From the NCBI GenBank assembly GCA_052388435.1, contig JBQTIC010000047.1, forward strand, positions 36,027 through 100,026: a stretch of DNA of 64,000 nucleotides, read 5' to 3'. Shown piece after piece: positions 35,563 to 45,644 of this stretch. The notes beneath the pieces are model-generated. The model saw only the letters and a program-made list of their open reading frames with translations, was not told the DNA's origin and made no database searches. The DNA is from Chromatiales bacterium. Its GTDB lineage: Bacteria > Pseudomonadota > Gammaproteobacteria > JAJPIJ01. Position numbers and translations under genes: made by a program. The first letter of the stretch is position 1. Every line of letters begins with the position of its first letter.

Positions 35563-36720
35563 ATGCTGCGCGTCGGTGTCGTCGCCGGTGAGCCATCCGG
35601 AGACCTGCTCGCCGCGGGCCTGGTCCGCGCGTTGCGAGCGCGCGTCGACGCGCTCGAGATAATGGGGATCGCCGGGCCGGCGATGGAGGCTGCCGGGTGC
35701 GTCGCCTGGGAACGCGCCGATCGTCTCGCGGTAATGGGACTGCCGGAGATCATCCGCCGCTACCCGGAACTGAGGCGGCTTCAGCGGCGCACCATCGAGT
35801 ACTTCAGGGAGATCCGTCCCGATGTGTTCGTCGGCGTCGATGCTCCGGAGTTCAATCTCGGAATCGAGGCGGCGCTGCGCGCAGCGGGGATACCAACCGT
35901 GCACTATGTCAGTCCCACCGTGTGGGCCTGGCGTGAGGGCCGCCTGAAAACCATCCGGCGCGCTGTCGACCTGATGTTGGCGCTGTTCCCCTTCGAAGAA
36001 ACCTATTATCGCGATCAGAGGCTGCCGGTGGCCTACGTCGGCCATCCGCTTGCCGACGAGCTGGCCGAGCCGCCGGGCCGCGAGGCGGCACGCAGGATAC
36101 TCGGCCTTGACAGCGGCTGCGCGGTGCTCGCCGTGCTGCCGGGCAGTCGCGGGAGCGAGATACGGCACCACGTCCGGCCTTTTCTCGAGGCCGCGCAGAT
36201 CTGCGCAGAAGCTGAACCGGACCTTCAGGTCGCGGTGGCGCTGGTCAGTGAGGTTGCGGTTGGCGTTCTCCGGGAGGCGCAAGCGCGTTACGCGCCAAAC
36301 CTATCTCTTTGCATCTACCCGGGCCGGGCGCGCGAAGTGCTCGGGGCGGCCGACGCTGCCCTGATCGCCTCCGGTACCGCAACCTTGGAGGCCATGCTGC
36401 TCGGCTGTCCCATGGTTGTCGCTTACCGGGCGGCATGGCTGAGCTACCTTATCATCCGTCCGCTGATCCGCATCTCGCGCTTCGCGCTACCCAACCTGCT
36501 TGCCGGCGAGGACATCGTGCCTGAATGCATCCAGGGCGCTGCCGAACCGCGGCGGCTGGCGCGCCAACTGCTTCCCCTGCTCAAGAGCGACGTGGCGAGG
36601 GCGTGTCAGCGCGAGCGCTTCCAGGCGCTCAAAGCCGTCCTGCGCCGGGGCGCGAGCGAGCGGGCGGCCGAGGCGGTGCTCGCACTCCTGCAAGGAGTCC
36701 GCGACAATAGCCGCAGATGA
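35563..36720 (+). CDS. lpxB: lipid-A-disaccharide synthase
   Basis: [41 protein letters not shown]. Confidence 0.97.
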   Translation: MLRVGVVAGEPSGDLLAAGLVRALRARVDALEIMGIAGPAMEAAGCVAWERADRLAVMGLPEIIRRYPELRRLQRRTIEYFREIRPDVFVGVDAPEFNLGIEAALRAAGIPTVHYVSPTVWAWREGRLKTIRRAVDLMLALFPFEETYYRDQRLPVAYVGHPLADELAEPPGREAARRILGLDSGCAVLAVLPGSRGSEIRHHVRPFLEAAQICAEAEPDLQVAVALVSEVAVGVLREAQARYAPNLSLCIYPGRAREVLGAADAALIASGTATLEAMLLGCPMVVAYRAAWLSYLIIRPLIRISRFALPNLLAGEDIVPECIQGAAEPRRLARQLLPLLKSDVARACQRERFQALKAVLRRGASERAAEAVLALLQGVRDNSRR

Positions 36721-37310
36721 TGGAGAACGCCCTCATTGCCGGCGTCGACGAAGTCGGGCGCGGTCCGCTTGCAGGACCCGTGGTTGCCGCAGCGGTCATC
36801 CTGGACCCGTGTCGGCCGATTTCGGGTCTCGCCGACTCCAAGCGCCTGAGCGCGACGCAGAGAGAACGGCTCTGCCTGCAGATCCGGGACAGCGCTCTTT
36901 GTTACGCGCTGGGCCGCGCGGAAGTGGAAGAGATCGATCTACTCAATATCCTGCAGGCGAGCCTGCTCGCCATGCAGCGGGCCGTGGCAGCGCTACCCCT
37001 CCCGCCGCGCCAGTTGCTCATCGATGGCCCGCACTGCCCGGCGTTTCCCGGTGCCGCCCGGGCGGTCGTGGGTGGCGATGCGACCGTTCCGGCTATCAGC
37101 GCCGCCTCGATCCTGGCCAAGGTTGCCCGCGATCGCGAGATGCAGGACGTCGATCCGAGCTATCCGGGCTATGGATTCAAACGCCACAAGGGATACTGCA
37201 CGCGCGGACATCTGGACGCTCTGATACGCCTCGGGCCGTGCGCCATTCATCGCCGCTCCTTCGCACCGGTGCGCGAAGCGCTGCGCAGGCCGGGCCTGGA
37301 TGCAGGCTGA
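36717..37310 (+). CDS. rnhB: ribonuclease HII
   Basis: [36 protein letters not shown]. Confidence 0.97.
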   Translation: MMENALIAGVDEVGRGPLAGPVVAAAVILDPCRPISGLADSKRLSATQRERLCLQIRDSALCYALGRAEVEEIDLLNILQASLLAMQRAVAALPLPPRQLLIDGPHCPAFPGAARAVVGGDATVPAISAASILAKVARDREMQDVDPSYPGYGFKRHKGYCTRGHLDALIRLGPCAIHRRSFAPVREALRRPGLDAG

Positions 37311-37318
37311 CCAGGGCA

Positions 37319-40300
37319 ATGCCGGCCGATTTCGCTCATCTGCGTCTGCACACCGAGTACTCGATCAGTGACGGCCTCATCCGCATCGAGTCGCTGATCC
37401 AGGCGGTGGTGCGCGCCGGGATGCCCGCAGTCGCGGTGACCGACGAAGGCAACCTGTTCGCCATGGTCAAGGCCTACCAGGCGGCGCAGGCCGCGGGCGT
37501 CAAACCGATCATCGGTGCCGACGTGTGGCTGCGCGGCCGCGCGCGGCCCGGTCAGGGCGCGCGGCTGACGCTACTGGCCAAGGACCGCACCGGTTACCGC
37601 CATCTCGCGGCCCTGCTGACGAGGAGCTACACGGAAGGACAGGAAGGTGGCGTGCCGCACTTGGAGCGGGAGTGGTTGGCCCACGCCCACTCCGGGCTCA
37701 TCGCGCTGTCGGGCGCCCGCGAGGGCGACGTCGGTCAGGCGCTGCTTGCCGGGAATACGGCGCTCGCGGCCGAACTGGCAAGCCAGTGGCGGGGCTGGTT
37801 CGGTGACCGCTACTACATAGAGTTGCAGCGCACTGGTCGGGCCCGCGAGGAAGAGTACATCGAGGCCGCGGTGCAGATGGCAGGCAAGCTCGCGCTACCG
37901 GTGGTGGCGACCAACGATGTGCGCTTTCTGGCGATGGAGGATTACGAGGCGCATGAGGCGCGCGTGTGCATACACGAGGGGCGAACGCTTGCCGATCCGC
38001 GCCGGCCGCGCCGCTATTCGTCTCAGCAGTATCTGCGCTCGCCTGCAGAGATGGCGGCTCTGTTCAGCGATGTCCCGGAGGCGCTGGCCAACGCCACGCA
38101 CATCGCTGCGCGCTGCAGCCTCGAGCTCTCGCTCGGCACATATCACCTGCCGGCATTTCCGACGCCGGGTGGCTGTGAAGCCGGCGGGTGGTTGAGGCAG
38201 GAGGCGGCACGCGGGCTGGAGGCACGGCTGCCGGCGCTGCTTGACGCCACAGGGACGGACTTTCGCGAGCGCCGGCGTACGTACTACGAACGGCTGCGCG
38301 CCGAGCTCGACGTCATCACCCGCATGGGCTTCGCCGGTTATTTCCTTATCGTCGCCGATTTCATTGGCTGGGCCAAGAACCAAGGGATCCCCGTCGGTCC
38401 CGGTCGCGGCTCAGGCGCCGGCTCCCTCACCGCCTTTGCTCTCGGCATCACCGAGCTCGACCCCATCCGCTACGATCTCCTGTTCGAGCGTTTCCTCAAT
38501 CCTGAGCGCGTGTCCATGCCCGATTTCGATGTTGACTTCTGCATGGATCGCCGCGACGAGGTCATCCAGTACGTCGCCGAGCGCTACGGTCGCGACCGCG
38601 TTTCACAGATCATCACCCACGGCACCATGGCGGCAAAGGCAGTCGTGCGCGACGTGGGCCGCGTGCTCGGCCTGCCCTACGGCTTCGTCGATCAGATCGC
38701 GAAGCTGATCCCGTTCGCGCTCGACATGACCCTCGAACGTGCCCTCAGAGAGGAACCGGCGCTGCGGGAGCGCTATGACAAGGAAGAGGAAGTGCGCTCC
38801 CTCATTGATCTGGCGCTTAAGCTCGAAGGTTTGACACGCAGCGCGGGCCGGCACGCCGGAGGCGTGGTGATCGCCCCCTCCGCACTCTCCGACTTCATGC
38901 CGCTTTACTGCGAGCAGGGCGCTAGCACCGCAGTCACGCAACTCGACATGGGTGATGTGGAGGCGATCGGACTGGTAAAGTTCGACTTTCTCGGTCTGCG
39001 CACACTCACCATCATCGACTGGGCGGTGAAGGAGGTGAATCGGGAGCGTTTGGAGCAGGGAGTGCCGCCGCTCGACATCAATCGCCTGCCGCTCGACGAC
39101 AAACACACTTATCAGATCTTCGCCTACGCCAATACGACCGCCGTATTCCAGTTCGAGTCGCGCGGTATGCGGGAGCTGCTTAAGCGCGCCAAGCCTGACC
39201 GCTTCGAGGACGTTGTCGCCCTGGTGGCTCTCTACCGGCCCGGGCCGATGGATCTCATTCCGGACTTCATCGACCGCAAGCATGGCCGGCAAAGGGTCGA
39301 CTATGTCGACGCGCGCCTGCAGCCCATCCTGGGGCCGACCTACGGGGTTATGGTCTATCAGGAGCAGGTCATGCAGATCGCCCAAGTCATTGGCGGCTAT
39401 TCGCTGGGCACCGCTGACCTGCTTCGCCGCGCCATGGGCAAGAAGAAGCCAGAGGAAATGGCCAAGCACCGCGACACCTTCGTGGCGGGCGCGACGCGCC
39501 GGGGGGTGCCGGAGAGGACGGCGCAGGAGTTGTTCAATCTCATGGAGAAGTTTGCCGGCTACGGCTTCAACAAGTCGCACGCGGCCGCCTACGCGCTGGT
39601 GGCGTACCAGACCGCCTGGCTGAAGGCTCATCACAGCGCGGCATTCATGGCGGCAGTGCTGTCCTCCGACATGGACGATACCGACAAGGTGCGCGAGCTG
39701 ATCAAGGATGCGCGGCGCATGGGGATTACAGTGCAGCCGCCGGCAGTGAACGATTGCTTATATGGATTTTCCGTCGCCGACGCTGGTACGGTCCGTTACG
39801 GACTCGGCGCGATCAAGGGTGCAGGCCGGTCGGCGATCGAGGCCATCGTCGCCGAGCGCGGCGCGAATGGCCGCTACAGCGACCTCTTTGATCTGTGCCG
39901 GCGCATCGATCGGCGCGTCAACCGGCGGGTGCTGGAGGCCCTTGCACGCGCAGGCGCACTTGACGAGCTCGGACCCAGTCGCGCCAGCCTGCTTGCCAGC
40001 ATCGATGGTGCGCTGCAGGCGGCGGCACGGCAGGGACGCGACGACGGTGCGGGTCAGGACGATCTGTTCGCAATCCTCGACGCCAATCAGCACGGGCACG
40101 GCCAGCGCCTCGAATTCACCGCGGTGCCCGATCTGCCGCGCCGGGAGCGGCTGCTTGCGGAGAAGGCCACCCTGGGATGGTCGCCAAGCGGCCATCTCAT
40201 CGATGATTTCGAGGAGGAGATCGCCCGCTTGAATGTCTCGCGCCTGGCGCAGCTCAAGCCGGGGCGACGGCGGGTCGTCGGCATCGTCGACGATGTACGC

Positions 40301-40762
40301 ACCCGGCCAAGCCGCCGTGGGCGCATGGCCATTGTCCTGCTCGATGACCGCACCGCAAGTCTTGAGGTCACGGTCTATTCGGAGCTCTACCAGCGCGCGG
40401 CAAACCAGCTTGTCAAAAACGAGGTAGCGTTCGTCGAGGGGGACTACACCGAGGACAGTTACAGCGGCGACTATAATCTTGTCGCCGATCGCATCTGGAG
40501 TCTGGAGGAGATGCGCCGCGAATTCGCGCGTTTTCTTATCGTGCGCCTGCAAGCCACGGAGTTCCGCAACGGCCTGATCCAGGAGTTGAAGGATATCTTC
40601 GTCAGCGCGCAACGCGGGCGTTGCCCCGTCCTGGTCGATTACCAGCAATCACAGGCGGCGGCGCGCCTGCGCCTGGAGGCCGTGGCCGTCGTTCCGAGCA
40701 ATGCCATCCTCGAGCGGCTGAGCGAGAAGATGGGGCCCGCCAACGTCTGGGTGGAGTATTGA
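37319..40762 (+). CDS. dnaE: DNA polymerase III alpha subunit
   Basis: HLRLHTEYS, GRGSGAGS, PDFDVDF, KFDFLGL, YGFNKSH; true start ATG37319. Confidence 0.98.
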   Translation: MPADFAHLRLHTEYSISDGLIRIESLIQAVVRAGMPAVAVTDEGNLFAMVKAYQAAQAAGVKPIIGADVWLRGRARPGQGARLTLLAKDRTGYRHLAALLTRSYTEGQEGGVPHLEREWLAHAHSGLIALSGAREGDVGQALLAGNTALAAELASQWRGWFGDRYYIELQRTGRAREEEYIEAAVQMAGKLALPVVATNDVRFLAMEDYEAHEARVCIHEGRTLADPRRPRRYSSQQYLRSPAEMAALFSDVPEALANATHIAARCSLELSLGTYHLPAFPTPGGCEAGGWLRQEAARGLEARLPALLDATGTDFRERRRTYYERLRAELDVITRMGFAGYFLIVADFIGWAKNQGIPVGPGRGSGAGSLTAFALGITELDPIRYDLLFERFLNPERVSMPDFDVDFCMDRRDEVIQYVAERYGRDRVSQIITHGTMAAKAVVRDVGRVLGLPYGFVDQIAKLIPFALDMTLERALREEPALRERYDKEEEVRSLIDLALKLEGLTRSAGRHAGGVVIAPSALSDFMPLYCEQGASTAVTQLDMGDVEAIGLVKFDFLGLRTLTIIDWAVKEVNRERLEQGVPPLDINRLPLDDKHTYQIFAYANTTAVFQFESRGMRELLKRAKPDRFEDVVALVALYRPGPMDLIPDFIDRKHGRQRVDYVDARLQPILGPTYGVMVYQEQVMQIAQVIGGYSLGTADLLRRAMGKKKPEEMAKHRDTFVAGATRRGVPERTAQELFNLMEKFAGYGFNKSHAAAYALVAYQTAWLKAHHSAAFMAAVLSSDMDDTDKVRELIKDARRMGITVQPPAVNDCLYGFSVADAGTVRYGLGAIKGAGRSAIEAIVAERGANGRYSDLFDLCRRIDRRVNRRVLEALARAGALDELGPSRASLLASIDGALQAAARQGRDDGAGQDDLFAILDANQHGHGQRLEFTAVPDLPRRERLLAEKATLGWSPSGHLIDDFEEEIARLNVSRLAQLKPGRRRVVGIVDDVRTRPSRRGRMAIVLLDDRTASLEVTVYSELYQRAANQLVKNEVAFVEGDYTEDSYSGDYNLVADRIWSLEEMRREFARFLIVRLQATEFRNGLIQELKDIFVSAQRGRCPVLVDYQQSQAAARLRLEAVAVVPSNAILERLSEKMGPANVWVEY

Positions 40763-40824
40763 CTTGTGCTCTCGCTCCGCTGCCAGTAAGTTAGGCGGCT
40801 TGCGAATACTCACCTGTCCATCCG

Positions 40825-41784
40825 ATGAACCTGAACTTCCTGGATTTCGAGCAACCGATCGCGGAGCTGGAGGCCAAGATCGAAGAGCTGCGCTTCATCG
40901 GCAACGACGCCGACCTCAACATCACGGAGGAGATTTCGCGCCTGAAGCAACGCTCTCAGGAACTGACCCGCTCGATCTTTTCAAGTCTGACGGCCCACCA
41001 GATCTCTCGCCTGGCGCGCCATCCGCAGCGACCGTACACGCTTGACTACATCGCGCGCATCTGCAGTGACTTCGAAGAACTGCACGGCGATCGGGCATTC
41101 GGCGACGATCCGGCGATCGTCTGCGGTCTCGCCCGGATTGACGGGCTGGCGGTGGCGATCATCGGCCATCAGAAGGGCCGCAACACGAACGAGAATCTGC
41201 AGCGCAACTACGGGATGGCCAAACCCGAGGGATATCGCAAGGCGCTGCGCATCATGAAACTCGCGGAGCGCTTCGACCTGCCGGTACTGACGTTCATCGA
41301 CACGCCGGGCGCCTACCCGGGCATCGACGCCGAGGAGCGCGGGCAGAGCGAGGCCATCGCCCGCAACCTCCACGAGATGTCGGCGCTCAGCACGCCTATC
41401 ATCGCCACGGTGATCGGCGAGGGTGGCTCCGGCGGCGCGCTTGCCATCGGGATCGCAGACAGGGTGCTGATGATGGAATACGGCACCTACTCGGTGATCT
41501 CCCCGGAGGGTTGCGCGGCCATCCTCTGGAAGAGCGCGGAGAAGGCCGGCGAGGCCGCCGAGGCGATGGGCATCACCTCATCGCGCCTGCTCGAACTGAA
41601 TCTGGTCGATCAGGTCATCGCCGAGCCGCTGGGCGGCGCGCACCGCGACCTCGATGAGATGGCCGCCCGACTCAAGGCAAGCCTGCTGGAGAATATCTTC
41701 GCATTGCAGAAGCTGCCAATGGACCAGCTCGTCCAGACGCGTTTCGAGCGGCTGATGCGCTACGGCCACTTCAAGCAGGGCTAA
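40825..41784 (+). CDS. accA: acetyl-CoA carboxylase carboxyltransferase alpha
   Basis: [39 protein letters not shown]. Confidence 0.98.
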   Translation: MNLNFLDFEQPIAELEAKIEELRFIGNDADLNITEEISRLKQRSQELTRSIFSSLTAHQISRLARHPQRPYTLDYIARICSDFEELHGDRAFGDDPAIVCGLARIDGLAVAIIGHQKGRNTNENLQRNYGMAKPEGYRKALRIMKLAERFDLPVLTFIDTPGAYPGIDAEERGQSEAIARNLHEMSALSTPIIATVIGEGGSGGALAIGIADRVLMMEYGTYSVISPEGCAAILWKSAEKAGEAAEAMGITSSRLLELNLVDQVIAEPLGGAHRDLDEMAARLKASLLENIFALQKLPMDQLVQTRFERLMRYGHFKQG

Positions 41785-41800
41785 ACACCCGTTCGCCAGC

Positions 41801-43144
41801 GTGGACAGAACCGGGGCGATCGGCGACCTCATCCCCGAGATTGTCCGCGGGCGTCTCTCGGCGCTGCCCGCGGCGGCGTCTTACTGGGTAGCACTCAGCG
41901 GCGGCTGCGATTCGACCGTACTGCTCCACGTTATGCATCAGCTGCGGCTCGCGCAATTGGTGCGAGGCGTCCACGTGCATCACGGTCTCTACAATGAGGC
42001 TGATTCGTGGGCGGCGTTCTGCGAGAGGCAATGTGCGGAGCTCGGCATCCCGCTGACGGTGCTGCGCCTGCAGGCCCGCGCGCCCGAAGGGCAGAGCCAA
42101 GAGGCCTGGGCGCGCCGGATGCGCTATGAAGCCTTGCGCCCGCTTTTGGGAAGCGACGAGGCGCTGTTGACGGCGCATCATCAGCAGGACCAGGCCGAGA
42201 CCGTGCTGCTGCAGTTGCTGCGCGGCGCGGGGCCGGCGGGCTTGGCGGCGATGCCGGCTTGCAGCGGGTTCGGCGCCGGCTGGCACCTGCGCCCACTCAT
42301 CGATGTGCCGCGCGCAGCACTGCGCGCGTACGCCGAGGCGAACGCCCTGCAATGGGTCGACGACCACAGCAATACCGACATCCGCTTCGATCGCAATTAC
42401 CTTCGACAGCGCGTGCTGCCGCTGGTAGTCGAACGCTGGCCGCAATACGCCCGCACACTGGCGCGCGCCGCACGCTGGCAGGCCGGCGCGTCCGTGCTGT
42501 TGCGCGAGTTGGCGGCCGAGGACCTGCAGTGTGTGGCGGGCAGTCGCGCAGGATGCGTAAGTGTCACCGCACTGCGTCTATTAAGCGAGAGCCGCCGGCG
42601 CAATGTGCTGCGGCACTGGCTGGCCCAGCGTCAATTACCGGTGCCGAGCGCCGCTCACTTCGAGCAGTTGCTGGGGCTGCTGGCGGCGAGAAGGGATGCT
42701 TGCGCGTGCGTCCGTTGGCCGGGCGCCGAGGTGCGCCGCTACCGCGACGATCTCCATGCGACCGTGCCGCTCGCGCCGCATGATGCCACGCAGGTCTGGG
42801 AGTGGGACCCGCGTGTGTCTTTGCAGCTGCCGCTGGGCACGCTGAGCGCACGTCGCTGCCGTGGCGAGGGGCTCAGCAGCGAAGCGGCCGCGCGCGAGCC
42901 GCTCGTTGTGCACTTTCGCCGCGGCGGAGAGCGCTGTCATCGCGGCGCCAAGGGTGGTGGCAAGACACTGAAGGGACTGCTGCAGGAGCGCGGCGTGCCG
43001 CCGTGGCTGCGCGACCGCATCCCGCTCGTCTGCGCCGGAGCAGAGCTGGCGGCGATTGCGGACTGGTGGGTCTGCGCCTCCTTCCGGGCCCGGCCCGACG
43101 AGGAAGGGTGGGTGATCGAATGGGCGCCGATCGGCGACTCCTGA
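41801..43144 (+). CDS. tilS: tRNA(Ile)-lysidine synthetase
   Basis: PP-loop SGGCDS, HVHHGL, TAHHQQDQAET, DRNYLR, VPPWLRDRIP. Confidence 0.96.
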   Translation: MDRTGAIGDLIPEIVRGRLSALPAAASYWVALSGGCDSTVLLHVMHQLRLAQLVRGVHVHHGLYNEADSWAAFCERQCAELGIPLTVLRLQARAPEGQSQEAWARRMRYEALRPLLGSDEALLTAHHQQDQAETVLLQLLRGAGPAGLAAMPACSGFGAGWHLRPLIDVPRAALRAYAEANALQWVDDHSNTDIRFDRNYLRQRVLPLVVERWPQYARTLARAARWQAGASVLLRELAAEDLQCVAGSRAGCVSVTALRLLSESRRRNVLRHWLAQRQLPVPSAAHFEQLLGLLAARRDACACVRWPGAEVRRYRDDLHATVPLAPHDATQVWEWDPRVSLQLPLGTLSARRCRGEGLSSEAAAREPLVVHFRRGGERCHRGAKGGGKTLKGLLQERGVPPWLRDRIPLVCAGAELAAIADWWVCASFRARPDEEGWVIEWAPIGDS

Positions 43145-43165
43145 GGCTGCGCGCGGGCGCGGCCG

Positions 43166-43714
43166 CTATTCCGTATCGAAGCCGGTGAACCGGAAGGTCA
43201 GGTCGCCGATGTCGATGATGTCGCCCTCGGCGAGGCTGGACGTTTTGACCTTCTTGTCGTTGACGAACACCCCGTTGAGCGACTCGAGGTCGGTGATCTC
43301 GAAGAGGCCGTCGCGACGGCGGTCAATCTGCGCGTGCTGGCGCGAAATCGACGGGTGCTTGAAGGTGAGTTCGTTGCGTTCGCTGCGCCCTATCCGGCAC
43401 GGCGTTTGCTGAATTACATAGCGGACGATTTCATCGCCCTGCTGGACGAGATAGGCGTGCATCTGGCTGGCGGCGGTCTGCTTGTGCGGTTTGGTACCGC
43501 GCCGACGGCGCTGCTGCAATCTGCCATAGACGCTCAGCGCGGCAAGCACCCCGAGCAGGAACGCGGCAGGGACCGCGTACCAGACCCATGTCACGTGCTG
43601 CGCCGGTGTCAGACTCTGCGCCTGCGCAGCCCAGGTGTCGAGCGTGTGCAAAACCGGGAACGGGCTGCCGTCGGCGAGCCAGCCCTTCTGCGCGCTGTCG
43701 AAGAGAGGTTCCAT
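43166..43714 (-). CDS. membrane-anchored FHA-domain protein
   Basis: TM WYAVPAAFLLGVLAALSVYG, basic stop-transfer RRRR, FHA motifs IGRS..SISRQHA..DLESLNGVFVN. Confidence 0.9.
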   Translation of the reverse strand: MEPLFDSAQKGWLADGSPFPVLHTLDTWAAQAQSLTPAQHVTWVWYAVPAAFLLGVLAALSVYGRLQQRRRRGTKPHKQTAASQMHAYLVQQGDEIVRYVIQQTPCRIGRSERNELTFKHPSISRQHAQIDRRRDGLFEITDLESLNGVFVNDKKVKTSSLAEGDIIDIGDLTFRFTGFDTE

Positions 43715-43838
43715 TAGGTTTGAGCTCCCGCTCGCAACGCAGCCTCGCCGCACCCCACGGCAGGGGCTGAGACTGAACCAACAAAAACAACATTCTGCCG
43801 CATCCGCCCGGTGTGCAAAAGGGTCCCTCCGTAGCTCG

Positions 43839-44330
43839 CTATTTCTCGGGAAATAGCGGGTCGGGCATGTCGAAGAACTGGATGTTGACCTCTTTGGCGC
43901 CGGTCGTCCTGTTTCTTGCGACCTCTACTTCGCCGAGTTGCGGAAGATTCTTGCGCAGCTTTTTGCCGGCATCGGTGACCTTGGTGTGCAGCAGAGGGGT
44001 GTGGGGCAGCACGTAGGCGCGCGGCACGTGCCTGCCCAGCTGTTGTTCCATGTCGGTCACCCAGAGATAGATGCGGCCCTTCGCCTGCGTGGTCTTGTTG
44101 GGCTCATCCACGGTGACGCCCACCAGATTGAAGCGATGAGGTAATCCGACACTCGTTGGCCAGCCGATGAGCGGGGCGTAGGACTGGAAGGTGGCGTAGC
44201 AAAAGAGTGCAACGAGCACGACGAAGACGGTCTTCACATACCAGCCCCACCGCGTCCTGAAGATAAGGCCCGCCAGCAACACGGCCAGCACAAGGTAGGC
44301 GAAAGTGATCCCGATGATTCCCCAGTTCAT
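43839..44330 (-). CDS. hypothetical 2-TM membrane protein (GWP..EP..WV..PRAY family), paralog 2
   Basis: Two N-terminal TMs; clear paralogy to 44377-45000. Confidence 0.8.
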   Translation of the reverse strand: MNWGIIGITFAYLVLAVLLAGLIFRTRWGWYVKTVFVVLVALFCYATFQSYAPLIGWPTSVGLPHRFNLVGVTVDEPNKTTQAKGRIYLWVTDMEQQLGRHVPRAYVLPHTPLLHTKVTDAGKKLRKNLPQLGEVEVARNRTTGAKEVNIQFFDMPDPLFPEK

Positions 44331-44376
44331 CTACTAGAACCCCCGTCCGATCTAACTTCCACAGCCCGCGGCCAGA

Positions 44377-45000
44377 TCACCCGGATGGCTGCGCCGGGGA
44401 CGCGCTCTCGCCCGGGGATCCGTCCTGCATGAAGTCGGCGGCCGTGGTATCACTGGTCGCCTCGGGCAGACCGCTCTTGGATGGTGGCGCATCCGGCGGC
44501 GCGTCGAAGAACTTGACCTGCAGCTTCTGGCTCTTCTGGCCGAGCTTAGCCTCGTCGCGCGGCACGCCGTGTCGACGGAGATCCTTGTCATCGGCCCCGA
44601 CCTCGCCGACTTGCGGCACATTCTTGCGCAGGCGCTGTCCGGCTTCCTTGGCGCGGGCGTGCAGCTCAGGCTCAAAGTCGGCCGCGTAAGCGCGCGGCAC
44701 GCTCGCGGTGCCGGCCTGCTTGTCCAGTACCCAGAAGAAGATGCCGCCCTCGGCGCCGGTGATCCGATCCGGCTCCTGGGCATACAGCGCGACCAGCTGA
44801 AAGCGCTTCGGCAGTTCTGTCGCGCTCGGCCAGCCGAGCAGCGGCGGGAACGAGAAGTACAGGACCAGATAAGCCGCTGTAGTCACGACGAGCAACAGCG
44901 CCTTCAGCGGCCAGGACCACACCGAAAAGATATTCAGTCCGGCAAGCGCTGCCGCGAGGATAACGTAGGCGGTGACCAGTCCGTTAATCCCGAGTGTCAT
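44377..45000 (-). CDS. hypothetical 2-TM membrane protein (GWP..EP..WV..PRAY family), paralog 1
   Basis: Two N-terminal TMs; paralogy to 43839-44330; 5 bp from the upstream gene. Confidence 0.8.
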   Translation of the reverse strand: MTLGINGLVTAYVILAAALAGLNIFSVWSWPLKALLLVVTTAAYLVLYFSFPPLLGWPSATELPKRFQLVALYAQEPDRITGAEGGIFFWVLDKQAGTASVPRAYAADFEPELHARAKEAGQRLRKNVPQVGEVGADDKDLRRHGVPRDEAKLGQKSQKLQVKFFDAPPDAPPSKSGLPEATSDTTAADFMQDGSPGESASPAQPSG

Positions 45001-45005
45001 CGTTA

Positions 45006-45632
45006 TTATCCAGTCCTTTCGAAGATCCGCCTGGTCAATGACTTGTCGATATGATTGACGTTGGTGATTCTTCCGTCCGTGTCGATGGTGAAGCGCACCG
45101 CCGTGCGCTCATCCCCGGCCTTCTCCATCTTGAGAGTGCCGTAGTACACCACCTCGAGCTGCGGATTGACCTTGTCGACGCGCACGTTAACGTCGACGGG
45201 CTTGCTATCCTCGCTTGCATAGTAGAAGAGGTTGACGACATATTCGCCCACCACCGTGCCGCGGATGGTTACGACCTCCTGGTTGAGCGGATTCTGCAGC
45301 GTCTGTCCGTTGATCGTCAGCGTGTCGTTGACATTGCCGCGATCGTCGCGATCGAGGTGGATGAGCCCCGCCTCCTTGTTCTGGAACCACACCAGATTGC
45401 CATCGGGCTCCTCCACCCAGGTATCGATGTCGTTCGGGTTCTTGTCCGCCCATTGCACCGTGATGATGTACTCGGCCTTCGGGTCAATGAGGCCCTTCTT
45501 GGCCACCGGGTTCATGAAGATGACTGCCAGGATGAAGAAAAACGTGAGGGCCTGGATGATCTTGAACAGGACTGCCGTGATCGGATCGAACGGCTGATGA
45601 AACTTCGATTTTGCGCTCAGGCGCAGCGGCAT
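45006..45632 (-). CDS. single-TM partner of MotA-like protein with acidic beta-rich (YfaP-like) periplasmic domain
   Basis: N-terminal TM, then W..NDIDTWV.EPDG..LDRDDRG..NQE..GEYVVNLFYY; 12 bp after the MotA-like gene. Confidence 0.75.
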   Translation of the reverse strand: MPLRLSAKSKFHQPFDPITAVLFKIIQALTFFFILAVIFMNPVAKKGLIDPKAEYIITVQWADKNPNDIDTWVEEPDGNLVWFQNKEAGLIHLDRDDRGNVNDTLTINGQTLQNPLNQEVVTIRGTVVGEYVVNLFYYASEDSKPVDVNVRVDKVNPQLEVVYYGTLKMEKAGDERTAVRFTIDTDGRITNVNHIDKSLTRRIFERTG

Positions 45633-45644
45633 TGATGGGATCCT

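Noticed and set aside
36500-37318. 273-aa N-terminal extension of the dnaE ORF overlapping lpxB and rnhB
   Set aside because: Arg/Pro-rich shadow frame of GC-rich genes; DnaE homology starts at ATG37319
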